In this document: in pieces, positions 43,226 to 51,953 of the stretch
Numbering within the stretch: position 1 is the stretch's first letter
How the letters are laid out: each line of letters begins with the position of its first letter
Source of the DNA: a virus
Direction: 5' to 3' (one strand)
IMG/VR virus record: IMGVR_UViG_3300036806_000484
Span: 4,821 to 68,820 of that record
DNA length: 64,000 bases
Position numbers and translations under genes: made by a program
The notes under the pieces: generated by a model
Database searches by the model: none
What the model saw: only the letters and a program-made list of their open reading frames with translations
Told to the model about the DNA's origin: nothing

Positions 43226-46023
43226 GCGCGCTTCCGGAACATGCGCTTGATGCGATTCTCCTCGAGCCGCACCCGCTTGGCGTGTTCGGCCAGCCGGCGC
43301 TCGAGCCCGAAATCGCGGTTACGGTCGGTCTCGCGTGAAGGCGGCGGCTCCTTCCCTTCGCCGCGCGGAACCCACGCGCGCCGGCGCACAAAGTTGCCGC
43401 AGGCCAGCGCCATCGCCTGGTTGGGGCTGCGCTTGATCAACTTCTTCACCGCCTTGGTCTCGCAGACCTCGATCTTACCGCCTGGCGTGGCGAAGGTGAA
43501 GGCGGTCATCTCCTCGAAGAGCTTTTTGCTGTACGGGATGGCGACGCGCAGGAGCCTAACGTCTTCCCGGAGCTTCCAGAGGGCCTGGCTGCGAATATTG
43601 TCGAACTTCTCGGCCTCAACCACCTTCGGCCCGGCCGCCTTGATCTCCCCGTCCCTGACATCGACCTCGCTCCACAGCGAGTCCTCATCGAGTCCCGGGA
43701 CTGCCTTCATCGCCTCGGAGATCACGCGCGGCCGGAAGCCGCCCTTCCGCATCGCGTTGACCGTGCCGGCGCCGACACCCACGCCGTCCACGCCGACGTG
43801 GCGCTGGTCAATGGGATGGTCGTCACTCTGCACCACAAGCAGCAGGTCCTCGCCGAGTTTATTGGCGTCCGGGCATGGCTTCTCGTCGATATGCGTGCAG
43901 CAGGCGCCGTCACCGTAGGCGATCGCAGCCGGGTCCCCGTCGTCGGAGTTTGCCGGGTCGACGCCCATCCATGGCGCGCCGCCGACGCGGTAGTTGGGGC
44001 TGTCGTGCAGCTTGGCGGAGGCCTCGCACCAGGCCCACTGGATCAGCGACTCGGATGACTGGGCCGGGCAGACGCCGCGGATCTGCGAGAGGTAGCGCCG
44101 GGAATCCGGCGGCTGGTTCTTCAGCTTCCGTTCTGCCAGCCGGCGGCGGCCGATCGCGCCCGGGACGATCCGGAGCCCGCTCACCACGTTGGGGTGGTCA
44201 TCGGCGCTGATGCGCACCGCGATGGTGGACTCGAGGACGCAGAACTGGTGTAGTTCGTCGCGCTGGTGATCCGGGTTGCCGAGCGCCAAGTGGAGGTTGT
44301 GGTCGTCCGTCCGGGTTTCGCTCAGCGAGCTCATGATGGCGCCGTCGATCGACTGCGTCTCTTCGCTGATGATCAGCATGTGCCCAGCGTGGAAGCCTTT
44401 GGCGCGGCCGGCCAGTTCTTCGTTCGCGCCGACGCCGCAGACGAAAGCCTGCGCGGCCCACACCTCCTGCTCAGCTCGAGCCGGCTTCATCCGGAGCTTG
44501 CCGCTCGCCGGCAGAAATTCCGCCTCGGGGAACATGGCCTGGAAACGGGGCCACAGTTTGCCCATCTCCATCCAGATTTGCGTGAGGAGCTGGTCTTCCT
44601 TCGGCGCGACGTGGATGACGCGCGAATCGCCGTAGACCGCGAGGAAGGCGTAGGTGATGCAGGCGGCGGTATAGGTATTGTGTGTGACGATGTAATCTCT
44701 GGTAACGTAGAGATGGTCATCGGCCGCCACTCTGATACAGACACACTCCGCTTCTCCGTCCGGCACAACTGACCGCAGCAGCCTCCTTGGCTCGCGACCC
44801 GTGACTACCCTAGCCGCCTTACGTGCAAGGCGAAACGGGTTAATTCCGTCTGGAAGGCGGATGTACACCCAGTGGGCATCGAGACACCGCTTCCCACCGA
44901 ACCAGGACGGCAGCGTTGTCAAAGTTGCCGTGCCGCCAAGCGACCTCACCAGATCCTGCACCCCGTTAGCTAGATCGCGCGATGTGGAGCAGAACCCCAT
45001 AGCGCCACTGGGGCGACAGAATCCGTCGGTATCCATTAGACCTTGCAGAAGGGCAAGTCGGTCCCGCTGTGCTGCAATCAGATATTCGGGGGGAATGTGT
45101 TTGTTCTCGCTACGCTTGCCCATCAGGTCGAGCGTCCTAAGCGTGGCCGTCAGGGGGTTTTCCCTACCGCCTCGCTGGCCTCCAGTAATCCCGTAGTCGC
45201 ACGTCAAGCCGCGCTGCACCACCCCGATGTCTTGGGGAAGGGATTCCTCTACCTCGTTTACTATCTCGGCATCGGTCGACGAGAGAGTCGGGTAGCCAGA
45301 TCGCAGTCCCCCGTCACCTAGAAGAACGCCCAGTAGGTATGGATCGAGCGGTAGGTCGGACCCGCGCATCTCAATCGGCCGAGGCACAGGGATACGCCAT
45401 GATGCGTCCGGATGTGCGGCCAAGAGCCTCGCCATATCCAAGGTGGAGACCGTGCGCCATCCCGAACCTCGGTGCGCAGCGCTCTTATCTTGGATCGACC
45501 ACAGGTGAGCGCCGCAGGCGCGAGTGGTTGAACCATCCGAGAAGGCGAGCGAAAAAACCTCCTTGCGACCTTGCGGAAATACGCCTGTCACCCGTGTCGG
45601 CAGACCGTTGCTACCGATGACATGATCGCCGAGACGGAGGGATCCAATCGACTGCCAGCCCGTGGGGGTCAATACCGGCTCGTCAACGGGCTGGGCCTTC
45701 TGGCAGCCGGTGGCAGATTCGACGCCGCAGTCCCGGCCCTCGCTGATGGCGTTGATCATCTTCGCCAGCGGGTCGACGTCGCCGTCCCATTGATGCGCCT
45801 CGTAGCCAGGATTCAGCGACCACTCGATCGTGTTCCGAGGAACGCCCAGCTTCTCGACGATCCAGTCCAGCAGCCGGCCCTCGTATTCCGAGTGCGGCTG
45901 TGGTCCGGCGGACGAGCCCTCAGTCCTGACCCTGCGCTCGAACTCCGCCTTGCAGCGGAGTCGGAAGGCTTCGTCATCGGCCGGCGAACTGGGTTCGAGG
46001 CGAGGGAGAAGAGCGGCGGTCAC
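43222..46023 (-). CDS. terL: Terminase large subunit (intein-containing)
   Basis: P-loop ESATGCQK|TY, VAPKEDQL, GFHAGHMLIISEE, LGNP, nuclease WMGVDPA, RSPNQAMAL; GTG start overlapping the upstream TGA. Confidence 0.9.
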   Translation of the reverse strand: MTAALLPRLEPSSPADDEAFRLRCKAEFERRVRTEGSSAGPQPHSEYEGRLLDWIVEKLGVPRNTIEWSLNPGYEAHQWDGDVDPLAKMINAISEGRDCGVESATGCQKAQPVDEPVLTPTGWQSIGSLRLGDHVIGSNGLPTRVTGVFPQGRKEVFSLAFSDGSTTRACGAHLWSIQDKSAAHRGSGWRTVSTLDMARLLAAHPDASWRIPVPRPIEMRGSDLPLDPYLLGVLLGDGGLRSGYPTLSSTDAEIVNEVEESLPQDIGVVQRGLTCDYGITGGQRGGRENPLTATLRTLDLMGKRSENKHIPPEYLIAAQRDRLALLQGLMDTDGFCRPSGAMGFCSTSRDLANGVQDLVRSLGGTATLTTLPSWFGGKRCLDAHWVYIRLPDGINPFRLARKAARVVTGREPRRLLRSVVPDGEAECVCIRVAADDHLYVTRDYIVTHNTYTAACITYAFLAVYGDSRVIHVAPKEDQLLTQIWMEMGKLWPRFQAMFPEAEFLPASGKLRMKPARAEQEVWAAQAFVCGVGANEELAGRAKGFHAGHMLIISEETQSIDGAIMSSLSETRTDDHNLHLALGNPDHQRDELHQFCVLESTIAVRISADDHPNVVSGLRIVPGAIGRRRLAERKLKNQPPDSRRYLSQIRGVCPAQSSESLIQWAWCEASAKLHDSPNYRVGGAPWMGVDPANSDDGDPAAIAYGDGACCTHIDEKPCPDANKLGEDLLLVVQSDDHPIDQRHVGVDGVGVGAGTVNAMRKGGFRPRVISEAMKAVPGLDEDSLWSEVDVRDGEIKAAGPKVVEAEKFDNIRSQALWKLREDVRLLRVAIPYSKKLFEEMTAFTFATPGGKIEVCETKAVKKLIKRSPNQAMALACGNFVRRRAWVPRGEGKEPPPSRETDRNRDFGLERRLAEHAKRVRLEENRIKRMFRKRA
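44677..45696 (-). mobile_element. Class-3-type intein (340 aa) with LAGLIDADG endonuclease
   Basis: Starts AQPVDEPVLTPTGW, has HLW, CVCIRV and ends IVTHN/T; LLGVLLGDG and LLQGLMDTDG motifs; codon usage visibly less GC-biased than the exteins. Confidence 0.92.
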
Positions 46024-46373
46024 GAAATCCAGTCCTCGGGCACCGGGACGGATGCGCCCATGCACACGCCGCAGGGATTGCTGGTTGTCACGCTACGGCA
46101 TTTGCGACAAATCCTGTCGCCCGCGCGGTAGTTGCCGCCGCGGCGAGGACGTGGTACCGATGGCGCAGCTACCGCACGCTTGGTGTACGGCCGCCGCGGC
46201 GGGATCGATCGGTGGATGGGCTTCTTGCGGATCCAGCCGCGGGCCTTGGCGTGCAGGTGAATGGAGGAGTCGCTGATGCCGTGGCTATGGGCGATCGCGT
46301 CGACGGTTTCTTCGCCAGCCTCGTACCGTGGCTTGATCTCGTCCCAGGACTCCTGCCTGATGCGGGGAGCCAG
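46020..46373 (-). CDS. HTH protein with C-terminal CxxC...CxxC zinc ribbon; probable CTG start
   Basis: WDEIKPRYEAGEETVDAIAHSHGISDSSIHLHAKARGW; CRKC...CGVC; no ATG/GTG/TTG between the upstream stop and the HTH. Confidence 0.7.
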   Translation of the reverse strand: MAPRIRQESWDEIKPRYEAGEETVDAIAHSHGISDSSIHLHAKARGWIRKKPIHRSIPPRRPYTKRAVAAPSVPRPRRGGNYRAGDRICRKCRSVTTSNPCGVCMGASVPVPEDWIS

Positions 46374-46374
46374 G

Positions 46375-46974
46375 CTATTCCTCGTCCGTCCGCTGCACCT
46401 GGGCGATGCGGCCGATAGCCGGCGCGATCGCTGCGCGCAGCGCCGGGATCCTCTTCTGGGTCCAACCGGGGTTCTGCTCGAGACCGCCTTCGCCGTAGCC
46501 GCCGACCGCTGCGGTGTTCGTGGTATTCGGTATCTGGTGGTAGAAGTTCTCGCGGATGTCGATGTAGTGAGACGGATCTCCGCCACTCTCAGCCAGCATC
46601 TTCCGAGCTTCGCCCTGACCGTGGTTGACCGCCGCGTCGAAGTGCACGAGGCCCAGGCTGCGCGGCATCGCGCCGGCGCCTGACCGCTGCCACTGATCGT
46701 GCCAGAATCCGAGGTTGAAATCCGACATGGCCCTGGGCCCGTCGTTCGCCGCAGCGGCGTGCTCGCTCGGATGCTTCGCGACATACTCGTTGTACGCGTC
46801 GCCGGTACCCGCGCCTGACGCCAGCGCCTCCGGGACGGTCTCGCGCGGATCCCGCTCCTGGTCGAGCACGAACTGGAGCGCGTGCATGAACGGCATGTCG
46901 TCGCGAGGTCCAGGCGGTGGCGCCGGCGCAGCTGGGCCCGTCGGCGCCATTGGGTTTCCGAAGGGGCTCGTCAC
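46375..46974 (-). CDS. Divergent GH108-like peptidoglycan hydrolase homologue
   Basis: FMHALQFVLDQE, MP..LGLVHFDAAVNHG.G.A.KML, IRENFY, GW..R; lacks EGGY. Confidence 0.7.
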   Translation of the reverse strand: MTSPFGNPMAPTGPAAPAPPPGPRDDMPFMHALQFVLDQERDPRETVPEALASGAGTGDAYNEYVAKHPSEHAAAANDGPRAMSDFNLGFWHDQWQRSGAGAMPRSLGLVHFDAAVNHGQGEARKMLAESGGDPSHYIDIRENFYHQIPNTTNTAAVGGYGEGGLEQNPGWTQKRIPALRAAIAPAIGRIAQVQRTDEE

Positions 46975-47211
46975 CTAGTCGCCGTCGTTGTCGGTGTCGG
47001 GACCGCGTTTCATGGCGATGCGGCCCATGTTGCGGGCGAAGTTGGCCTTCTTTTTCATCGCGGGCGAGGCGTTAGGCGACGCCAGTTCGTGGGCGGCAAA
47101 AGCCTGGACGCCCTCGCCGGCCCTGTTTGCGGCCGCGGTGAAACTGCCGGTCGTGCCCTTTTTCTTCATGCGCTCGCTGGCGTCTTGGATCCACTTCCCG
47201 GCCATGATCAT
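46975..47211 (-). CDS. Small basic protein
   Basis: KWIQ...G.FT...KKANFARN pattern; GGAG SD. Confidence 0.65.
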   Translation of the reverse strand: MIMAGKWIQDASERMKKKGTTGSFTAAANRAGEGVQAFAAHELASPNASPAMKKKANFARNMGRIAMKRGPDTDNDGD

Positions 47212-47228
47212 CTCCCTGTTGGTGAAAG

Positions 47229-47301
47229 AGCCAAGGGCCGGGATCGAACCGGCGACATCCTGCTTACGAAGCAGGCGCTCTACCGTCTGAGCTACCTCGG
47301 C
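47229..47301 (-). tRNA. tRNA-Thr (CGT)
   Basis: GCCGAGGTAGCTCAGACGGTAGAGCGCCTGCTTCGTAAGCAGGATGTCGCCGGTTCGATCCCGGCCCTTGGCT. Confidence 0.95.
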
Positions 47302-47303
47302 AT

Positions 47304-47421
47304 CGCGGAACGGGGTCGGGGAGGGCCGTGTCCAGGACGCGGACCTTTTGTTGTTTTGGACCGGCTCGGTTTGCCGGCGCCGCGTTGCTCTACTGCGACT
47401 ACCTCCCGTTGCCCGTTCGCG
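47304..47421 (-). ncRNA. Candidate rod-shaped ncRNA directly upstream of tRNA-Thr
   Basis: Nested stems GAACGGG/CCCGTTC, GGGAGG/CCTCCC, ACGCGG/CCGCGT, CCGGC/GCCGG with an unpaired CCAAAACAACAAAAG bulge. Confidence 0.5.
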
Positions 47422-47432
47422 CGCTTGGTTCT

Positions 47433-47849
47433 TCAGCCCTGCGGCTGCGCTTCGACTTCCTCCGACATGGTCTCGGTCGTTGTGGATTCCGCCTCGGCGG
47501 CCTGGGTGGTGTCGATCGCGCCGACGCCCGCCACCACGGCGTCGGGCTCCGCCTCAGCGGCAGCGGGAGCCGGGGCCGGCTCTTCCACCACGACCGGGCT
47601 CGCCATCACGGCGACGCCGAAACCGAGCACCTGGCCGGTGCCCTGGCCGCCCTCGTCCTTCTCGGTCATCACCTCGACGCGGACGTCGAACTGCTTGCCG
47701 TGGTGGGGGACGGAGCGGAAGAATTCGACAGCGGCGTCGGCGGCTGCGGCGCCCAGGCGCGGGAACGCCTTCCCGATCGGGCCGCTGCGCAGGTCCTCGT
47801 TGACTCCCGCCTCGAATTCGGCGGTCTGATAGGTCTTGCGGTGCTCCAT
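47433..47849 (-). CDS. Hypothetical protein with acidic tail
   Basis: 138 aa; GGAG SD. Confidence 0.65.
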   Translation of the reverse strand: MEHRKTYQTAEFEAGVNEDLRSGPIGKAFPRLGAAAADAAVEFFRSVPHHGKQFDVRVEVMTEKDEGGQGTGQVLGFGVAVMASPVVVEEPAPAPAAAEAEPDAVVAGVGAIDTTQAAEAESTTTETMSEEVEAQPQG

Positions 47850-47876
47850 TCACTCTCCACGTTGAAATGTTGACAG

Positions 47877-48107
47877 CTATGTGGACGGACTCAGTCCCCT
47901 TCCAAAATCGGTGTAGATCATGCAGTGCTCGAAGATGTAGCCACCAATCAGGCGGCTCGGGATCCGGGTGACTGTCTTCTCGCGCGCCTTGCGATTTCGT
48001 GCGCGCCGCGCTCGCTCGGACCCCAGCGCCATCTCGAACCTGCGTCTCACCTCGTCCGACCTGACCTGGCCGGGCCGGCGCGAGTCTCCCTTCCCTGCGT
48101 CAGGCAC
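47877..48107 (-). CDS. Hypothetical protein
   Basis: 76-aa basic ORF overlapping the upstream stop. Confidence 0.4.
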   Translation of the reverse strand: MPDAGKGDSRRPGQVRSDEVRRRFEMALGSERARRARNRKAREKTVTRIPSRLIGGYIFEHCMIYTDFGRGLSPST

Positions 48108-48354
48108 CGTACTTCGGCAGCTGCACGCCGGGCGCCGAGATGTTGGCGATACGGCCGATCGCCCGGGTACCGAACTTCTTCTTCCCGGGGATCTGTGGCT
48201 TCACGCCGCCGGCGAAGTCCATGCCGGGGGCCTGGGCCATGGCGACCGGCGCCGCGGCGATCGGCGCGCGCATCGGAACGGCGGGGATGGCGGGCATCGC
48301 GATCGGGACGCGCGCGGCGGCGTGCGTGAAGGCTGGCTTCTTGGCCGGGAACAT
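48100..48354 (-). CDS. Pro/Ala-rich basic small protein
   Basis: 84-aa ORF in a tightly packed operon. Confidence 0.55.
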   Translation of the reverse strand: MFPAKKPAFTHAAARVPIAMPAIPAVPMRAPIAAAPVAMAQAPGMDFAGGVKPQIPGKKKFGTRAIGRIANISAPGVQLPKYGA

Positions 48355-48361
48355 GGGTTGC

Positions 48362-48541
48362 CTACCTGTGAAGGAGGTTGGTGTGCACGAGGATGGCGAT
48401 GATCGCGGCCGCGACGGCGACGATCTCGAGCGGGGTGACGGACGTTTCCGACAACTTGAGTGCCTTGGCTGCCTTCTGGATGAGCAGGAAGGCGAGCGCC
48501 AGGACGACGATCACGACGACGAGGAAGATCAGGATGTCCAT
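48362..48541 (-). CDS. Small two-TM membrane protein (59 aa)
   Basis: MDILIFLVVVIVVLALAFLLIQKAAKALKLSETSVTPLEIVAVAAAIIAILVHTNLLHR; GGAGGT SD. Confidence 0.7.
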   Translation of the reverse strand: MDILIFLVVVIVVLALAFLLIQKAAKALKLSETSVTPLEIVAVAAAIIAILVHTNLLHR

Positions 48542-48638
48542 ACCACCTCCGATAGTGTTGCACGTTTGTCAACACGCCTAACGTGGCGCGCAGTCTGGTC
48601 TTCCGTCTCAGCGTTGGGCGGCCACGGCAGCGCGCGCC

Positions 48639-48920
48639 TCACCTGACCACCTGGATCATCGCCACGATGATAAGCATGACCGTGGCCCGTTGAAAGAGGT
48701 CCTCGTAGCTGAGCCCGTTCCGGTCCCAGAACCGCTCGTACAGGTAGCTCACCACGCTGGCCGGCACGAGGGACTCCCAGCCGGGCAGTACCCAGAAGCG
48801 GTACATCATCCGCTCCCAGGGCGCCGTGAGGATCAGGCCGATCGCCACGCAGCCGGCGGCGCCGATCGATTCGACGATCCACGAGCTCCACGGCCACATG
48901 AACTTCGGAGGGATGTTCAC
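48639..48920 (-). CDS. Membrane protein
   Basis: Hydrophobic 93-aa ORF, GTGA-coupled. Confidence 0.55.
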   Translation of the reverse strand: MNIPPKFMWPWSSWIVESIGAAGCVAIGLILTAPWERMMYRFWVLPGWESLVPASVVSYLYERFWDRNGLSYEDLFQRATVMLIIVAMIQVVR

Positions 48921-49126
48921 CTGACCGCCTTCCCGGAGTAGAGGAATTCCGGCGTGCCGATCACGTTCTTGTAGACGCTGCACTCGGTCATCACGTACTC
49001 CTGCGTCTCACTAGGCCAGGTGGTGACCGTGTCGCGGCGCCGGATCGGCACGTAGATTGATGCCGCCGGGTTGGGCAGCTCGATCTCCACGCCGTCGTCG
49101 GGCCCACCGTTCAGCCGGAAGTGCAT
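48917..49126 (-). CDS. Hypothetical protein
   Basis: 69 aa with GGP.DG motif. Confidence 0.6.
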   Translation of the reverse strand: MHFRLNGGPDDGVEIELPNPAASIYVPIRRRDTVTTWPSETQEYVMTECSVYKNVIGTPEFLYSGKAVR

Positions 49127-49560
49127 CAGAAAATCCCGCTTCCCTGCCAGCCGATGGTCGGGTTGGCTTCCCAGACCGCCTGGTCATGCTGGCGCGCGTG
49201 CTCGAGCGCCTCGGAGAACGAGTAGACCTTCCAATCCGGATGGTCCGTGCAGGTGAAGACCCGAAATCCCTCGGCAGGATAGCGCGGATTTGGATGCTCG
49301 ATCGAGTACCTGAGTCCGCGCTCGTACAGGCCCTGATCCGCCAGGCCGCGTGGCTGCGCCAGCGCCACCACCACGTCCCGCAGCTGCGGCTCGGCCGGCA
49401 CTGGGTCGTCCAGGTGCGCGATCACCCAACCCGAGGACTCAAGGTTCTTCACGATGTCTTCGGCGACCTCCGAGGTCGGGTGACCGCTCTGGTAGAGGTG
49501 GTGCCTGGCGTTCAGCGCCGACTCCACCGCCCCCACCAGGTACTCCCGACGGCTCGGCAT
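49126..49560 (-). CDS. Hypothetical protein
   Basis: TGATG-coupled; GGAGG SD. Confidence 0.6.
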   Translation of the reverse strand: MPSRREYLVGAVESALNARHHLYQSGHPTSEVAEDIVKNLESSGWVIAHLDDPVPAEPQLRDVVVALAQPRGLADQGLYERGLRYSIEHPNPRYPAEGFRVFTCTDHPDWKVYSFSEALEHARQHDQAVWEANPTIGWQGSGIF

Positions 49561-49820
49561 CAGTATCCCTCCGGGAAGGAGGCGCCACGGGCCCGCGCTC
49601 CGTCGATGCACGCCATCGTCTCGTCCATGGTCTCGCTATGCGGCACGATCGCCCAGCCTGCCCGCTCAAGGCTGTCGACCAGTTCCTCTTCGTACCTCAC
49701 GCGATGCTTTTTTGCCCTGGAATTGGCACCGCGGATGGCCGAGAGTAGTGCCGCGGCGGACCGCTCGCGGTCGTCCTTCAACCTGCGGCCGGAGACCAAA
49801 CTCGCTGGACGGCTCGGCAT
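49560..49820 (-). CDS. Hypothetical protein, partly similar to its downstream neighbour
   Basis: TGATG-coupled; shares MPSR start and E..V..LE..GW.I. Confidence 0.55.
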   Translation of the reverse strand: MPSRPASLVSGRRLKDDRERSAAALLSAIRGANSRAKKHRVRYEEELVDSLERAGWAIVPHSETMDETMACIDGARARGASFPEGY

Positions 49821-50272
49821 CACCCACCCGCCTCGTTCAGACGCTCCAGCTGCCGGCCCACCCGATTCAGCGCCAACTCGACGTCGTCCAGCATCCCGTT
49901 CACCCGCGCCACCCACCCCGGCTCGTCCGGGCGCGCCGAATTCAGCGCCGCGTTCTCAGGAAGGGGTACCCGACCCAGAATCTGGTCCGCCACGTCCGCC
50001 ATACCGGCCAGCTTCCTTGACCGGCCCACCAGCATCTCTACCCGCTCCGCCAGCGCCGTCATCGGCGTCTCGCCTGGCATCAACCGCCTGTCCGCACTCG
50101 GCTGCGATGTCTCGATCGCCGGGCGCCGCGCCAGATTCGGCGCCGGAACCGACTGGGCCGCAGCGTCGTCCCGCACAACCGGCTCCCCCAACCCACTGCG
50201 CCGAACCAGATTCTCAGTCCCCCGCGGCTCACCGAAATACCGGTCCCGACTCGCCTCGCTTGGTCCCGCCAT
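49820..50272 (-). CDS. Hypothetical protein with coiled-coil C-terminus
   Basis: ATG just downstream of the AT-rich tract. Confidence 0.5.
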   Translation of the reverse strand: MAGPSEASRDRYFGEPRGTENLVRRSGLGEPVVRDDAAAQSVPAPNLARRPAIETSQPSADRRLMPGETPMTALAERVEMLVGRSRKLAGMADVADQILGRVPLPENAALNSARPDEPGWVARVNGMLDDVELALNRVGRQLERLNEAGG

Positions 50273-50529
50273 GGCCTCGTTCCCCCTGTTCGACGTTGAC
50301 CTACCCACTCCCGAACTGCCTTTTCGACCCTTTTTTTCCTTTTTTACCACATAATTCCTGGAAACTACGAAAACCCCACCCCCTACACCCGCTTTCTTCA
50401 AAAACTCCCACTCATCCAGAGGCGGAAACCGACTGAGGCCGGTGGGGTGTAACCCCGCCGGGGTGGGGGGTTGAACGGGCTTGGCGGTTTGCCGGCGCGC
50501 GCCTGTCGCCCGTCGCCTGGTGCCGTTCG

Positions 50530-51456
50530 TCACGTCGCGTCGCTCTCATCGGTCGCGGTTTCGTCGCCGCCGGCTGCTGAAAGCGTGCGCGCGGGAATGG
50601 CGCGCTGCGTTTCGAGGGCAGCAAGGGCGGCTTGGGCGTCGGAGGCGAGCACGGCGAGCGGGTTTTCCCCTTGGGCTATCCGGGCGAGCTGGGCGAGGGT
50701 GAGCTTGGCGACGTCCAGTGTGGCGAGCGAGCCCTTGACCGTCACGGTGTCGCGGTAGCCGGGGTCGAGCTTCTTCATCCGGAACATGGTCAGGAGGTCG
50801 GAACGCTCCCGCACCAGCGCGCCAGGCTGCCCCTGATACCATCCCGTCGGCTTCAGAACCCCGATGACCGCCCGCCGCATGACCTCGTCCTCGTACAGCT
50901 CGAGCACGATCCCCTCGGCAACCTTCATCCCCGCCTGAAACTGAGGATCCTCCTGCCACTGCGCCGTCCGGTTCGTGCCGTGCGACACCCCGGCCAGCCT
51001 CGCCGCCTCGGCCTTCAAGCCCGTCACCGCATATCCCGCGCAGAACGCTCGCCTTTTGCGATGGCCAACAAACGCGAACGGGCCCGCGGTGCTGGTCAGG
51101 GCCCTGAATCGGGCTCGGATGGCCAGTCGGAGTGCCTTTGAGACGCGGGCTTCGTGCTCAGGGATGGACTCGCCGGGTCGTCGGAGGGAGTAGTCGTCGT
51201 CGTCCTCGGGGATGTTTGAGGAGGAGATCGGGGCTCCTGGGGGCGCCTGCGAAGCCGAATCGATGGTATCGGCGCTGGAATAGTGGGTCCGGGAGTCGGC
51301 GGGCGGGCCGGGGAGCGCGTCGCTGTTGGTGGCGTGGCGCTGGTCCTGCTGCGCGGGGTCGGGTCGTGGCGCAGTCGGGTCACCGGCAACTACATCGGCG
51401 GCTTCGCCGCCTCGCGGAGAGGTGGTGGTGCTGGAGGGTGGTTTCCGGCGCGTCAC
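50530..51456 (-). CDS. terS: Terminase small subunit
   Basis: RAF..GY..TG...EAARLAGVS, W..DPQF, LYEDEVMRRAVIG, RSDLL.MF.MK..DP.YRD. Confidence 0.8.
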   Translation of the reverse strand: MTRRKPPSSTTTSPRGGEAADVVAGDPTAPRPDPAQQDQRHATNSDALPGPPADSRTHYSSADTIDSASQAPPGAPISSSNIPEDDDDYSLRRPGESIPEHEARVSKALRLAIRARFRALTSTAGPFAFVGHRKRRAFCAGYAVTGLKAEAARLAGVSHGTNRTAQWQEDPQFQAGMKVAEGIVLELYEDEVMRRAVIGVLKPTGWYQGQPGALVRERSDLLTMFRMKKLDPGYRDTVTVKGSLATLDVAKLTLAQLARIAQGENPLAVLASDAQAALAALETQRAIPARTLSAAGGDETATDESDAT

Positions 51457-51620
51457 AGGGTCCGTCCGTGGGAGAGGAGGTACCAGAGGGTGAGGCCTGC
51501 CGCGATGGCGAGGAGCGAGAGGAGGGCGCCGGAGAGGATACCGGCGCATCCTGCGGTGCCGTGGTCGGGCCCCAGGACGCGCGGATTCGCGTCGTGCTGG
51601 GGAGTCTGGCTACAGGCCAT
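51453..51620 (-). CDS. Small membrane peptide
   Basis: C-terminal TM (ILSGALLSLLAIAAGLTLWYLL); GTGA-coupled to terS. Confidence 0.4.
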   Translation of the reverse strand: MACSQTPQHDANPRVLGPDHGTAGCAGILSGALLSLLAIAAGLTLWYLLSHGRTL

Positions 51621-51778
51621 GAATGGAAGTGGGGCAAAGGGTCCCGGCTGCCCCGTACCGTGTTCCGGTCCTCGATCTGCGAGAGGATCGGCGCTCCATG
51701 CCCCCGATAAAGCCTGTCGGCCCAACCTCGACGTGAGTGCGCATCGACATCCGAGCGAGACCGGCCGGGGCAGGAGCG

Positions 51779-51946
51779 TTAGAAGCCGGTCTTCCGTATG
51801 TATCGGGCGATGTCCGTCGGCGAGGGTCGGCGGCTGGATTCGGGGGGGCAGTCTGCGTGATCCCGGAGCCGCCGGTGCTTGGCGGCGCGCTGGAGGCGCA
51901 CCAGGTCGAGATTCTTTGCGCGTTGCGCGCGCCGTTGCCGGGTCAC
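51779..51946 (-). CDS. Small basic protein (55 aa), probably leaderless
   Basis: GTG 7 nt after the -10 box; MTRQRRAQRAKNLDLVRLQRAAKHRRL...IARYIRKTGF. Confidence 0.45.
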   Translation of the reverse strand: MTRQRRAQRAKNLDLVRLQRAAKHRRLRDHADCPPESSRRPSPTDIARYIRKTGF

Positions 51947-51953
51947 GGGGGCC

